64,000 nt of DNA from Marsupella aquatica (Eukaryota; Plantae; Marchantiophyta). The translations under genes and the position numbers were made by a program. Shown in pieces: positions 36,905 to 50,100 of this stretch. Each line of letters starts with the position of its first letter. The stretch's first letter is position 1. Under the pieces are notes generated by a model. It ran no database searches, had not been told where the DNA came from, and saw nothing but the letters and a program-made list of their open reading frames with translations. The stretch spans positions 13,887,375 through 13,951,374 of the forward strand of contig OZ316897.1 of the NCBI GenBank assembly GCA_973895155.1, read 5' to 3'.

Positions 36905-39081
36905 ATGGGGGATTCTGATGACGGTGATCTGATGTTTGTTGAGGGAGAGGAAGAAGGAGGAGACATGGACATCATGTTCTTGGATGAGGCTAATGGGCCC
37001 TACGAGCTTCCGTGCCCGTCCGACTTGTTTGTTGTGTTCGATAATGAAACTTCTGATGTATCCCATGTGTTTGAGAACGAAGTTGACACACTTTCAGTCA
37101 ACCAACCTTTGTATCATGGAATTGTGCCTCAGATCGAACCTACTGTTCAGCCTCCTACTGAGCTGATGCAGGTAGAAATAAATGCCCCTGGATTCAGGAT
37201 TGTTGCTGATCCATCGTTGGCTGATGCAGGGAAAGGGAAAGAAAAGTGTGGATCTGAACAGAACGATCGATGGGCCACAAACCGTGCGAATCTACTTTGA
37301 ACTGCTCTGAAGTGGGACACGAGTATCCCAGTTGGGGATTTTCCTCTGGAGGTGCTCGATGAGCTATTCAGTAATGTCTTCTCCTGGGTTGTGAAGTTGG
37401 ATGGCAAGCAATATCCGTCATCTTCTTTAATGGGCATGATGAATGCCTTCAATCGTATGATAAGGCATGCAAGCGAGATGAGAGCTTTGAGAGGGGACAG
37501 AAATGTTGTGGATAGGGACTTCAACATCAGCAAGCATGCATGCTTCACAAAAACTCGACTGGTTCTGAAAGCTGCAATCAGGAAGAGTGCAAAAGAGGGA
37601 ATCAACAAAAAGACCAAGAAGGTACACGCTTCATTTATTTGTGTTGTGAATTATGCAGCTTTGTTGAACCATAACTGTGTTTTAGGATTCTGATAAGAGT
37701 GTTTCCTTGTGACAGGTATCGAACCTCACAGAAAAGATGGAGAAAGCTATCCTGTCTGACATGGATCACCAGATTAACTTCTCCCATGGTTGTCAAAAAC
37801 ATTTGGCTTTCTTCTTCCTTGTGAGGCTTGGGATTCGAGGAGGGCAAGAATTATGGGACTTGCATCGAGACGATATCAGTATCTGGCAGGATAAAGAGGG
37901 ACGAGACTATGTCCGGTGAGGAGAATTGAATTCAGTCTATTAGCTGTCAGTTTTAGTTTGGTGATATTCAGTTCATGTTCGTTCTGACATTTTCTTGGAG
38001 TGGTTTGTGCTTGACTGATGCAACTTTGAGGAGAGACAGAGCAAGAATAACTCCTACACGCTTGAGAGATACAATGAGGAGTAGTTTTGGATAGTATTCC
38101 ATAGCTTTGAACCTGATTTTGTGCTGATATTGAGACAATATTTACGTCACATGCCTCCTCTTGAAGAGGGGACAAAACCTGACTTGTTCATGGGTGCTAT
38201 TCCTAATCCGGTTGGAAATATTTGGTACAACAAGGTTCACAAGGTGTCGAAGGAGAGAGCAGGTTCATGGCTTGTGAATATGCTGAAGTTAGTGGGCCTG
38301 CCTACAGAGTTGTTCAGTAATCGGTCTGGCAGAGCACCTCTGACTACACGCATGGCTGCAAAGGGGAGTGTCTGATGAAGTTGGCATGCTGATATCAGGG
38401 CATCATACCATAAGTGGGTATCTAAGGTATGATCGAACCAAGGCTATCAAGATGGAAGCAGCCACTCTAGTAGCATCAAATCCTATGATCAGTTACGAAT
38501 CTGCATTACAAGAAGTATCCAAGAAGTTTGTGGAAGAAAAGATTGCGAGTTTGAACCCTTTGACCTATGTGATTGGTGGGGAGAGAGGGAGATGTGCTAC
38601 TTCTTCGTTGTCAAATCAGAGTGTGAAGGTCCCTGTAGATTCAACTGCATTCACACCTCTAGTGGAGAGGGTGAGCGAAAAACGTTCTTTGCAATTGGCA
38701 ATAGCTGCAGGGCCAATTCAGGTAAAATATTATCTATACTTGTTATTTGCTTCATCCTTGCTTATATGTAGTCTTTCTGTACACTGACAAAGGTCAGTTG
38801 TTATGTGACAGAAACCTGGTGATGGCATGGGCGTAAGTGACATTCATGAAAAAAGCAAGGAGTTTCTTCAAGATTTCGAATCAGTCAATTGGGACAAGGA
38901 GGTTCTTGCTAATCAAGGGTTAGCAAAGTATCTCAGAGGAGATGCATTGCTGTTTCAATTGCCAACAGCTTGGCTAATAATTCATTCCAGAATTGCAATG
39001 TTACCATCAAGATTGTTCAAGCTAAGGACGAGGAGAAGGAGGCAGCAAGCGAGACAGAAGCCCAAAAATGAGTTAGATTAG
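36905..39081 (+). pseudogene. Crypton-type (DUF3504-like) tyrosine recombinase gene, 4 exons (36905-37621, 37716-37915, ~38024-38721, 38812-39081), disrupted
   Basis: Reconstruction gives K.DGKQYP.SSL, LGIRGGQELWDL (catalytic R), ERQSKNN (K), IWY, FSNRSGR (HxxR position), ISGH and GYLRY (Y) in the expected order. Lesions: TGA 37298-37300, acceptor CAG>CAA ~38023, TAG 38082-38084, extra G in 38363-38366. Confidence 0.85.
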
Positions 39082-41113
39082 GGACAAAATAAAACAGCTG
39101 ATCAAATATGGTAGGGTAGTTTTATCGATAGTCTGAGATCAAGTATAGTCATATCCAAGATTGGATTGTACTTTCGAAGCTTTTGAAGCTATAATAGGCC
39201 ATCCGTAGTTGCAGATCCTCTGCTAAGTTTTCAGTAGCAAATTTTCAGGGTTGATCATTCACGATCCCCTTTCAGTAAAGTCTTTTCACGCAACTCTTTT
39301 TCCAAGAAACTCATTTCGCATTCAATAAAGTGTATTTTCACCTCAATAAAGTGTATTTCACAAAAAGAATTGTGTCGTGGCTGTTTAGCCTATTGGAATA
39401 TCCAAAATGGGTGGACTATACAAATTGTATTAAACTAGTATGTGGGTCCAGTTCAATTTTTTTTACACATTGGTAATATTGTATTTGTTTGTTCTACTAG
39501 CTCTCTTTCCTGGTCTTTCCTAGTCATCAAGTTTGTCAAAACTTTATGATGTGCACAAATACACTGCCAAGAATTTGGAAGGAGCTTTTTTAGCGTGGTA
39601 CATAATATTGTCATCCTTTGTTTGTTTCCACCTTTCTCAAGTTCTTTTCACCTCTCTGTGTAATTCACATTGCAACTCCTCACTAAAGCTATCACCTCGC
39701 TTGTTCGAGTGACAAATTATTCATCACAAGGGTGAGCAACAAACTATCTTGGAGGCAAGGAGCTAGGCAATCACCTGCACTTCATTGTCTCGCAACATTT
39801 TTGTGCAATGGATAACTATGCATTGGACTTGTCTATAAAATTATGAGATGTTTTTAAAAGTATTTGAAATTTGCATAATAAAAGTTGACATCACTAGAAA
39901 ATAAATTCATAAACTAAAAAACTATTCATAGCATTGGTTTTTTAATTGTTTTATGGGGAGACAAGTATACTTTTTGTTTGGAAAATGTACTTTATTCATC
40001 ATGATTTGTCTAGTAATGACAAAAAAAAAATCTCATCAATTTTAATGGCTGGCAAATGGAAACAAAGAAAAAAACCATAAATGTAGAATCATAATGATCA
40101 TGTTGGGAAGAGAGTAACTTTATATACAGCCACTTTCATGAGAGGAGAAACATACTGATTTCGTTTCTGTTTTTTAAATGTATGTTTTACTAATCAATAG
40201 AAAATCATAGCCTTATTTTTGTAGAGATTTTATAATAATAGAATAATTTAATGTTTTGAGAATAGTTGGTTATTCTTGAATGTGTAAGTGAGTTTGAGAT
40301 TATGCTTATGACTTTTTTGGTGTGCATTCAAGGAATATGTTTGAATGAGGCCTGGGTGAGCTACACTCAAGTGGCATACAAGATTTTTTTTAAGATTTCT
40401 CATGGTGACTACCATCAAGGTAAATGTTTATATCAGTGCATATTTTTTATGACTAGTGTTTATTTGTTATTTGTGAAGTGACTTGGTATTTTGTCCATTC
40501 AATTGACATGAGCAATTTTGTGTGAGTTTGTAGACAAATTTTGGCATCACTATGAAACAACCCCAAGCTATCATCTAAGCTTGAAATAGAGGTTTGTTTC
40601 TTTTTTTTCCCCATTGAGTAAGTGTGATTGCTAAAGTTGTTCACTCATAAAGCTAAATCAAGCATGGACTATCTATAATTTAAAATCTAATTTTCACACA
40701 TGTTATATTTATCATAATAGTGTTTATTTTTAAATAAATTATCAGAAAAGCTAAAAATTTATAGCATTATCATATATGGATGTGCAAATATAAGTATATT
40801 AATTATTTACCACAACACTTAGAGCTTCTATTTGAATCAACACACTAGATTTATGCAATCTTAACAAAACTATAAGTATTCATAATTTGCAATTTCTTTG
40901 TAAAAAGCAATGCTCTTGGTAGGTAGATGAGTCTTTTGTAATTGTGTTTCATATTGTTATGATTATCTTAGCACATTACATATTCAGAAAGTGAAATTTG
41001 CCCTTTGTTGGATTCCAAAAATGGAGAAGTTAGCTCTTTGTACCTAAAGTTATTCACTTAAGTTTACTATCAATCAGGTACTATAATTATAAGGTGCATA
41101 TCATATTATTCGA

Positions 41114-41632
41114 ATTAAGGCAATAAACTATAGTACGCACATATGCAAAGGTCGGTGTAATGTTTGACCTCAATTATAACTTCAAAATCAATATAAGGTT
41201 ATAAGTTAAGGCATTCTGTTACACACATCCGCAAGGGTCAGTGTATTGTTTGACCCCAGTTGTACCTTCAAAATCAATATAAAGTTACAAGTTAAGGCAT
41301 CCTGGTACACACATCTGCAAGGGTCGATGTACTGTTTGACCCCAATTGTAACTTATAAAATCAATATAAGGTAACTACAAGTTAAGACACTATGATACAC
41401 ATTTACAAGGGTTAGTGTACTGCTTGACCCTAGTTGTAACTTCAAAATCAAAATAAGGTTATCTGGGAAGGTTACAAGTCAAGGCATTTTGGTACATACA
41501 TCTACAAGGGTAGGTATAATGTTTGACCCCATTTGTAACTTTAAAATCAATAAGGTCATAAATTAAGGCAATTGGTACACATGTATTCAAGGGTTTGAGT
41601 ATTGTTTGACAAGTTGTAACTTAAAAACAAGG
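41114..41632. repeat. Tandem repeat, ~6 units of ~85-95 bp with internal inverted motifs
   Basis: Consensus AAGGCATT.TGGTACACACATCTGCAAGGGTCAGTGTATTGTTTGACCCCAATTGTAACTTCAAAATCAATATAAGGTTACAAGTT. Confidence 0.9.
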
Positions 41633-44165
41633 TTATGATACTCTAGAGTTTACATTCCAAAAATCTAACATTCAATACCATTTCAAAACAATATTTTCAT
41701 AACTAGACCCTTCCACATGTTAACATCTTAATAATCCTTGCATTAAACTTCAATGTAAGCTTCCCATGACCAAACCCTCGCTTATTCACCCCACCTTCCT
41801 CATGATCTTTCACCCCTACTTATATTTTAGTATTCTTTCCCAATTTACTTGTGTGGCGTCAAGAGGTTGAGAGAATACTTTATATATTGCTTACCAAGCT
41901 TATTTATTTATTTATTTTATTACAATTAAATTGCCTTTTAAAATATACTTTATACCCAACCTGGAGATTTTTCAAATATTGATTTTTTTCAAAGCCCATA
42001 TATTGCCCAAGTTCTTTTTATTCTTTAGGCACCATAAAAGGCATAATCTAGTTATGTCAACATCCAAGCATGGATAGGTTTAGTTTGATAGAGTTGTTTG
42101 TGTTGAGAAGTGACATTACTCTTCACACGAGGCATCACACACAAAAGTAATATAGATCGTTGGATTCAAAACATCTAATGGTATAAAAGTCCTTTTTGAG
42201 CTAAGAGATCACACAAGTATTCATACACAAAATGAATCTGGATGATTGAATTCATAACATCTAACGGTATGAAAGCTCATTTTCAATTGAAAGGCCACAC
42301 GAGCCTTCACACAAGTCTTCACACACAAAATGGATGTAAATCATTCAAATGGCTGAATATTTATAGGGTGACATGGAATTTTGACAAAATTTTCAAATTT
42401 ACGGAAGTCTCTAACTGGACCCATAATGAGCCATGAATTATGGCCCCATGTTGTTGAACACAATGGAATTTAGGCCACATTTATGATTGCAAAAAAATCA
42501 CTATCACTGTAGCTTAGTGTAGCCTACCTACTACTCTAGCATATACCAAAACTAAAACTTATTGGCATTTATTTATATCAAGTTCTTAAAATTCAACTCA
42601 AATTTTGGTAAATGTGGTCCATGGGCTTGAAATTTGTCCCCTTCAAAATGTTGCTTTCTCTATAATTCTGGAGTAGTTAAGTAATAATCTATGTTAATGT
42701 TTGTGTAGCACCCAAAGTCTTTTAACACAAGGAGTGGACGAACCTCAAAATGACCTTGCATTGCATGTGATGACATTTTGTCATAAAGTACGAAAAGACA
42801 CTTAGCAATTGTTGGATGTAAAAAATTTCACGGATTGCCAAGTTTGTGAACCTGCCACACTCCATTTCTTAGAAGTTGTGATCTGCCAATAGATATCTTG
42901 ACATGTGTGCTAGGAACAATCAGCTAACAGTCTCTGTCTAGCTACCTGATTGCAATGAAACGAAAGGAACCTCGGATCAGGATTGCTCTTTCTCCAGCTA
43001 CTGTGGCTGATGGTAGTGAACAGGAAGGAGCTCCCCATCTCTCATCAGGATTGCTCGGGCTTGCTCTTTTTTTGCTAGCTCATCCTAGGTGGTGAAGAGA
43101 AAGGAGCAACGCTTGACAGGAAGTGTGCAGGTTAGCGACCACTAGCTGATCGATCCTAGCTCTTTGTCTAGCTAACTGATTGTGGTGAAACAAAATGTAC
43201 ATGCACCACTCGTTAAGATTCTCTTACTCTAACTAGCTGACGATACGGACAGAAAGAGCACACGCCTCTTGTCGAGATAGCTCTTTCTCTCTTGTCCAAG
43301 AGCACATACATCCTAGATGGTTAATGAGAGACCTGAATTCCAAGAGACGTACAATGCCACAGGTTCGCAAACCTGGCAATCCCAGAAGAGGTCACTCAAG
43401 ACACGATACTCTGCAACAAAACTTGGGCTTGACCAAGATACCATAAACTCGAGACACTCCACCACGAGACATCAACAACGGTCCGATTTGCCAATTTCAA
43501 GTCCTGTTGGGCCTGTCTGCGCTGCACTTCTACAGGCCGCAATATCACACAAAGTCCCACAACCTTGCTACGTTGTCACGACCCATCTGACCAAACTGAG
43601 GTGACCTAACGGGAAGGCAGCTCTCCATTGAATTGGATGAAGTGTCAATAAGCACAGCCGAGATTGACTGATTCAAATTGTAAGTAAACGATAACTCGGG
43701 CCTTTTAGTGGAGACAGTAACCTGCGGCACACAAGTACAGAGACCAAACGACTTGGAGTGAAGCGGTAAAAATGGAGATGGAAATTCTGTGGATTTCTAT
43801 CTTCCAAATTCAATTCAATGAAGGCGATCATTTAACTCCGAGCCCTACAACCTTTCGTTTACTGAATTGATGGAGGATCTACTGTACAATGTCTAGGTGT
43901 AACCAAAAATGATTGCAGATTTCTCAAGTATTACTTCCTGATCAGATTCTCATATTGAAAGAAGTCAAACAAGGACAGAAATTTTTGTTACATTTCTCAG
44001 AGGCGGTAGGGAGGGTCCCGAGAAGGCTGCACCGTCGTCGGCTGTGTACAAGGGTAACTAGCTCCAACCGTGTAAAGTCAAGTTATTGACTCGGAGGTGC
44101 TATATATACCCTACGTGCAGAGGATGCCGTCAGGAAAGACCGATGGCATATCACTGCCTGAAAGA

Positions 44166-47100
44166 TCATAAGAGATTGGGATGTTTGGAAAACTCGGCTG
44201 TGTCATCAATCGAACAAAACTGGTGGAGAAGCGCTGCCTCTGCAGTGATCCTAGAGTCTGGATTAACATCCAAACATTTCTCAATTAGATCATAAAGCGT
44301 TGATGGAATTCTTCCCTTTAGGTCTGTCCTCTTCGAATATTTGTCAGCCCATTCCTTCACAGAAACTCCTGGGTAAGGCAGGTCCTGCACTCGCATTACA
44401 AATGCAATTAGAAATGTAGCTTTCGTACAGAAAGACAACGAGGCAACAGACAATTGTTCGACTGACTACTGTTCGACTGAACTTCACAAAGGATTGTTGA
44501 AATTTGACCTGTGCAATAGAACTAGGTTTTAAGTTTACTTGGTGCATCTTAATTTCAACGGGATACTCGCGAATAGACTGAACACTTATACTCTTGTATC
44601 AGAGGGGTGTAAACTGTGAGAAGCCTATGGAGACGAGCACCTTTGAAAAACGATGTCGTTGACCTAGTGATTTAGCTAGACTGTCGGTCGCCACAGACCC
44701 TCTTAGCTTGGCAATGTCCTTCAGGGCCCTGTGAAATGAAAGAGGTAAATCAGCAGCTTGGATTGCATCAGATGACCTCGCACGTCACGAATTTCACTCC
44801 AGTTGCTGATAGGAGCAACATCAAGACCTTACGGCCAAAATCTATAATTAAACACACCCAGGTTTACCTCTCAGCATATTTTAGTCTGAAAAACAAATCT
44901 ATAAGGCCGGTAGACCAGAGGTTAAGAGTACAAGGAATGGCACTGTGACAATTAATAGAGACAATGAGCTTGAGGGCACAAAGTGTGCAAACCCTTCAGT
45001 GCTTGTTGATGGAAATGGGGACCTTCCAGTTACCAACTGCAACAAGCTTACTCCAGCAGACCATATATCAACTTTCGTCGTCTGCCTTGTCGACCTCATC
45101 AGAACCTTGACAAACAACCAACGTCAAATCGTGTCAAGAGAATTCCTGGAAGAGGCCCTGTCAATACCAAAGATGCGAGAAAAAGCAAGTTATAGTCCAG
45201 GAACAACCCTCATTGAACAACCTCTCTTTAACGCCACTTGGTCAAAAATTTCGAGCATGATCTTTGACCCGTCGTTTCCACGGCAATGCTATATTTCAAA
45301 AGACAGAACAAGCTGGCCTCCTGGAAGGTCACCAGTTTGAAGGCTGGGACTGCGATCTCAAAGGGTCCAGAATTTGTTACAGGAAAGGAACCTTTGAAAG
45401 TTTGACCGACGTGGAACTAACCTCGGGAGCTCTATAGCCCTTCGTTCCAACGCAAGGCCCGTCTTTGACCTGCTGGACAGGCCCTGCAATTGTTCATCCC
45501 AAGCGAAACTTAGAATTTGACGGGGCTGAAATCTTGCATGAAATTTCGGCTGCCTTGAAAGTAAAGAGAAGACTAAGTGCAGAAAGTTAACTGTTGAGTT
45601 CGGAAAATCAAAATCCAGTCACTAGGATCTAATAATCAGTGACCATGTGCCCTTTTGATTGGCATTGAAACATACCCTTAAGTGCAGATTTAACCCTTTT
45701 TGCACTAGGTGGTTGTACTGATTGAGGAGGCGGAGGAAGTCCAGCAGGAACACGCTTATTCGGGTTGGGTTTTATAGCAGATACTCCCGTTGTTTGTGTA
45801 CCGGAGGACGTGGGTAGGAATGAAGGCTTACTAATACCCTCAAGGAAGCCCTTAAGGCGATGGCCTCTTCCTACAAGCCGGCCACAAGTCTTCGGCTTAC
45901 TTTTGGATGGTTCTACTTGCTGCGCATTGTCCGTGTTTTTCTCCTGTAAACATATGAGAACAAGGGACGGGAATTAGTTGCGCCCTCCCAATTGCATTCA
46001 CTGTATTCAGGAATCCACTTGACCTCGTTCGACAGGGAACCCGTGCAGGTGAAATACAAATGGGGGTGTCGACAATCAAGCCTTTAACACGTTATGCTTA
46101 CTTGGTAAAACTACATGACTGGCAACAAGACTAAGACAAGCCCGAAAACATGAACCGCTACAAATAGCTGCCACCCAAAGACGCAAAAGAGTGGCACATG
46201 CCGCATGTTTAACAGGCGCTGTGATTGCACCCGTTGCTGAAATAGATCGTGACTGTAGCAACTGCTGGTACTTAGAGGAAGTAACTGTGGCATCCTTGGA
46301 AGCTGCAGCTCTTGATGTTTGTTTACTTTGATCCCCAATACACGGCGCGTTGGCTGGTGGAGTCCCTAAGTCAGCATAACATTCAAATATTTTACGGCTG
46401 CGTTTGGAAGGTGGTACGGAGATACGAGTTTTCTCTTCATGCACCCGGGTTCGCTTGGGACACTTCCTCCTCTCCAAAGTCTTAGTCTCAGCGGTCACAG
46501 GCCGCGAAGAGCGTCGCACTGGCCTCCCTGCAAAAATTTTGAAAGCTGTAGTGTTGAGTTCGGAAATTTATCCAGCGAAAACTAATGACGGAACCATCTT
46601 ACCAAAATTTATCGTGGGATGTTCTTGGTGCGGGAACGAGGGACTTCACCCAGAATACACACAATTGAGCACTGATACTGGAGAAAACTAAGCCTCCACT
46701 CCAGTAATTGCTAACATGAGCTCACGCATTAAACGTAAAGGACAATCATGTACATGAAAGTTGTTCAGCATGCAAAATGGAATCAGATATGACGTACTCG
46801 TACTAAGCCGTTTCGCCGATTCATCCTGTAAAATGTATGTACAGCCAACAGCGAAGTTTGTCAGAAAACCCACGGGATAGGACTCCGTAAGCAGCGAGAC
46901 TCATGAAAGCTTGGCGATCTCGTCACCGGAGACGAAATCTGCTAAGTTAGAATCCAAATCTGGCAACGGATATTATTGCACACGAGTGTGGCCAAGGCCA
47001 ATCTTCTCACGCCTAGATCCAGTCATCTAAACATTAACAATAAGCTGAAAAAACTGCAATCCCTCTACTCCAACGTTTTGTCATATTTTGAGTAACATAG

Positions 47101-50100
47101 AGCAACGGAGGCGAGCAAAGTTGGTAAAGCCAGGATGACTTACTCGAGCAAGGTTGAAATCAACTAGACAACCCCGCTTCGTTGACCGGGAGAAAAGGAA
47201 GTTTCCAGGCTTGACGTCCAGGTGCAAAATTCGCTGCAAAATGGCCATTAAACACTACTGCAAACGCGTAAGTTGCTGCTCCTAACAAAAACCTAAACTA
47301 AAAGTGCTCAAGATCCAAACTCGAACATGTTGCTTAAGAGCCTTATCAATTAAGAGAATTATGCACAAAAAAGCGTCCGACGACCAATTTTCTGAACTGG
47401 TCTAAGATTTCTTTTACCTCTTTGTGCAACTGTGCAAGCGCTTTGAATAGAGAAAACGAATAATACTTCAGTTCGTCAATCGTGATCTCCTTCTTCAAAA
47501 TCTGAGACCAAGACAGGACATGTTTGGTCAAGCTAGGTGGCCCAACTCTTAAATAAGCTAGGATACAGATGGAAGATACAGCTGCTTTGTGGATCAGTGA
47601 TGGATCGGAAAGCTTATGTGTCTGACTGTTCAAATTGAACGCATAGAAGGTGCATATACACCTCCAGTATACAAATCGGTAGAGACAAGTTAAGGTTACC
47701 TCCGGTTTGTCGTGGTCAATGAACTCCAGAAGAATGCTGGGACAGTTATCTTCTTCACCTCCTCCACCGTCGGAATTGGGGCTTATTTTCCCATTAGCTT
47801 CACTTTGGAATTGAATAATATAGTCCTTGCCCCTATTTCAAAAGAAGATAGAAGAGAGTAGGTATGCCATTATGTGAAATGTAAACATGCCACGCTCTCT
47901 CGAGGATTGACCTGCCACTCTGCTCGTGTGATATCGTCCAATGAGATCATTAAAAGAGGAAATACACACGGGAGACCATACCGCAGCCGTTTCAACATGT
48001 TGATTTCATTTCGAACATTTGAGTCATGTGTGTTCTCCAATGGGCCTGCAAGCAAGTTGCATGAATTTGATATGGAATGCTGTCTTTGTAAGTTAGAGGT
48101 GGCAGCTATCCACAAATATTCCACAGAACTCCCAACTGGTCTACGAGAAGGTCAAAGACCAGAACCTGCCGGCTTACGAAAACTTAAAGCCAAAGAACTT
48201 ATGAGATATGCAGAAACGAAAATCAAAATGAAACGTGAGATTCAGTCATAGAATGACATTCTTGCAAGCAGGTGCATACATTTCATGGCGAAGACTTGTC
48301 CATCCAAGTGGCGCCGCACCTTGTAGACTGTCCCGTATCCTCCTGTTAGTGCATAAAACGTACAGTCAACTTCGATGCAGGCTTTTGTCAATCCAAGATG
48401 TGTACATGCAAACCTTCCAGAGTCTTGACACTACGGTTGAAATTCGCATGCTGAGATAATTGAAATCGTGTAGAGACATAAAACTGATCAGCGAGCTAAG
48501 GCCCACATCCAGCCTCCTACACCTCGAGACAATCTATTTCCAATTTCTCATCGACTTGTATGCACGACTACTCTGATCTGTTACGAGAGTCCTCTTCAAT
48601 GGGCAAACATAAGAAATGACTGCCTTGACAACCTAGATAGTTCATAAAAGTCCAAGCATAGAGCAAAGGCAGGATCGTACCTGCGCCAACCTGGCCATCG
48701 ACAGCGTAATCTTCAAATCGGGGCACGGACCTCGAGTCTCGCGATTTCTGTCGGTTGCGAAACGAAAAAGGCATAATTAAAGAATGTACTCAGAAAAAAA
48801 GGAGCAAGCAATAGAAACTAGGACATCGCATAGTACTAGGGAAGAGGAAACAAAAATAGTTAAAAACATCCTGGGATGCCTTCTTCATGGCTGTGCCGTT
48901 CTGGTTTATTCGAGCGCAATTGGCCGTTTTATTCCTTTTTCAAAAAAAACGTGTCATCACATATACAGTTCGCATCGTCCACACGCCAACATAGAAAGTG
49001 CAAGATACTTCTTTACGCACAGATGCTTCCGCTGATCTTAGTAATTGATGGGCAACGAGCCGACGATATGGCGTAACACCTGTGCGACCACAATTGATAT
49101 GACTGACTGGCCTAGCGAATAACACATGAACGTTAACTTCACCCTATGTTGCAATTTAGAGAACCCATGGGGTGCCCACAAAACAGTCCCTCAACGGAAG
49201 AAAGCTATTGGACATCGAGAGTCAAGTACTAATTAGAATCAAATCCAAGGGTTACACACCTTATGCTGGGCACTGATTTCCTTGGGAAAAGGCACAAGAC
49301 CCTGTTCGGCCCACCGTGCAGCTTCTGCTGCCAGTGGGGTCTTATCTGGTCGTTGCAGAGCATTGCTGGGGAATTCCACCTGGAGGATTGGGAGGAGGCC
49401 ATTCTCTGCCCGCTCCAGAGGCTTCTTATGCTGGGCACTGATTTCCTTGGGAAAAGGCACAAGACCCTGTTCGGCCAACCGTGCAGCTTCTGCTGCTAGT
49501 GGGGTCTTATCTGTTCGTTTCAGAGCACTGCTGGGGAATTCCATCTGGGGGGTTGGGAGGAGGCCATTCTCTGCCCGCTCCAGAGGAGCGCAGAGATCTC
49601 CGTCGTGCGTTACGACGCGGGAATCCTCATTTCGTTGTAGAAGATTGTCAGGGTTTGCGGCATGGACTGCTGAGAGGTGGTCCTCCGATCGTTGCCGAGG
49701 ACTGCTGGGGTTCTCGTTATGGTTATATCCCATGCTACCGTTTGTGTCAAGTCCATTCCCTGACAGCAGCAACACATTGCTACTTTCGACCTGAACTTGA
49801 ATGTCTATAGCCGCCGGTTCTAGCTGGATTGCATTCACACCTTCAAAACAAGACCTGGCCACAATGGGCTCACATGTTGAGCTTGGCTCGGAAACCAGAC
49901 ACTCATCCTTCCTCGAGGCGAGAGAATGAATGACATATTTTGGCACGCCAGTTCCAATATCGCTAGCCTGATTGTGTAACAGACTGAGGAGGGACGTGAA
50001 TCGTATATGGAAGGATTTAGTAACCTCTATCAGTCTGTCGTTGTCAAGTACCCGCAGAGGCACATTGGGGAGGTTGCATAAACTCCGTATCTCCTCAGCT

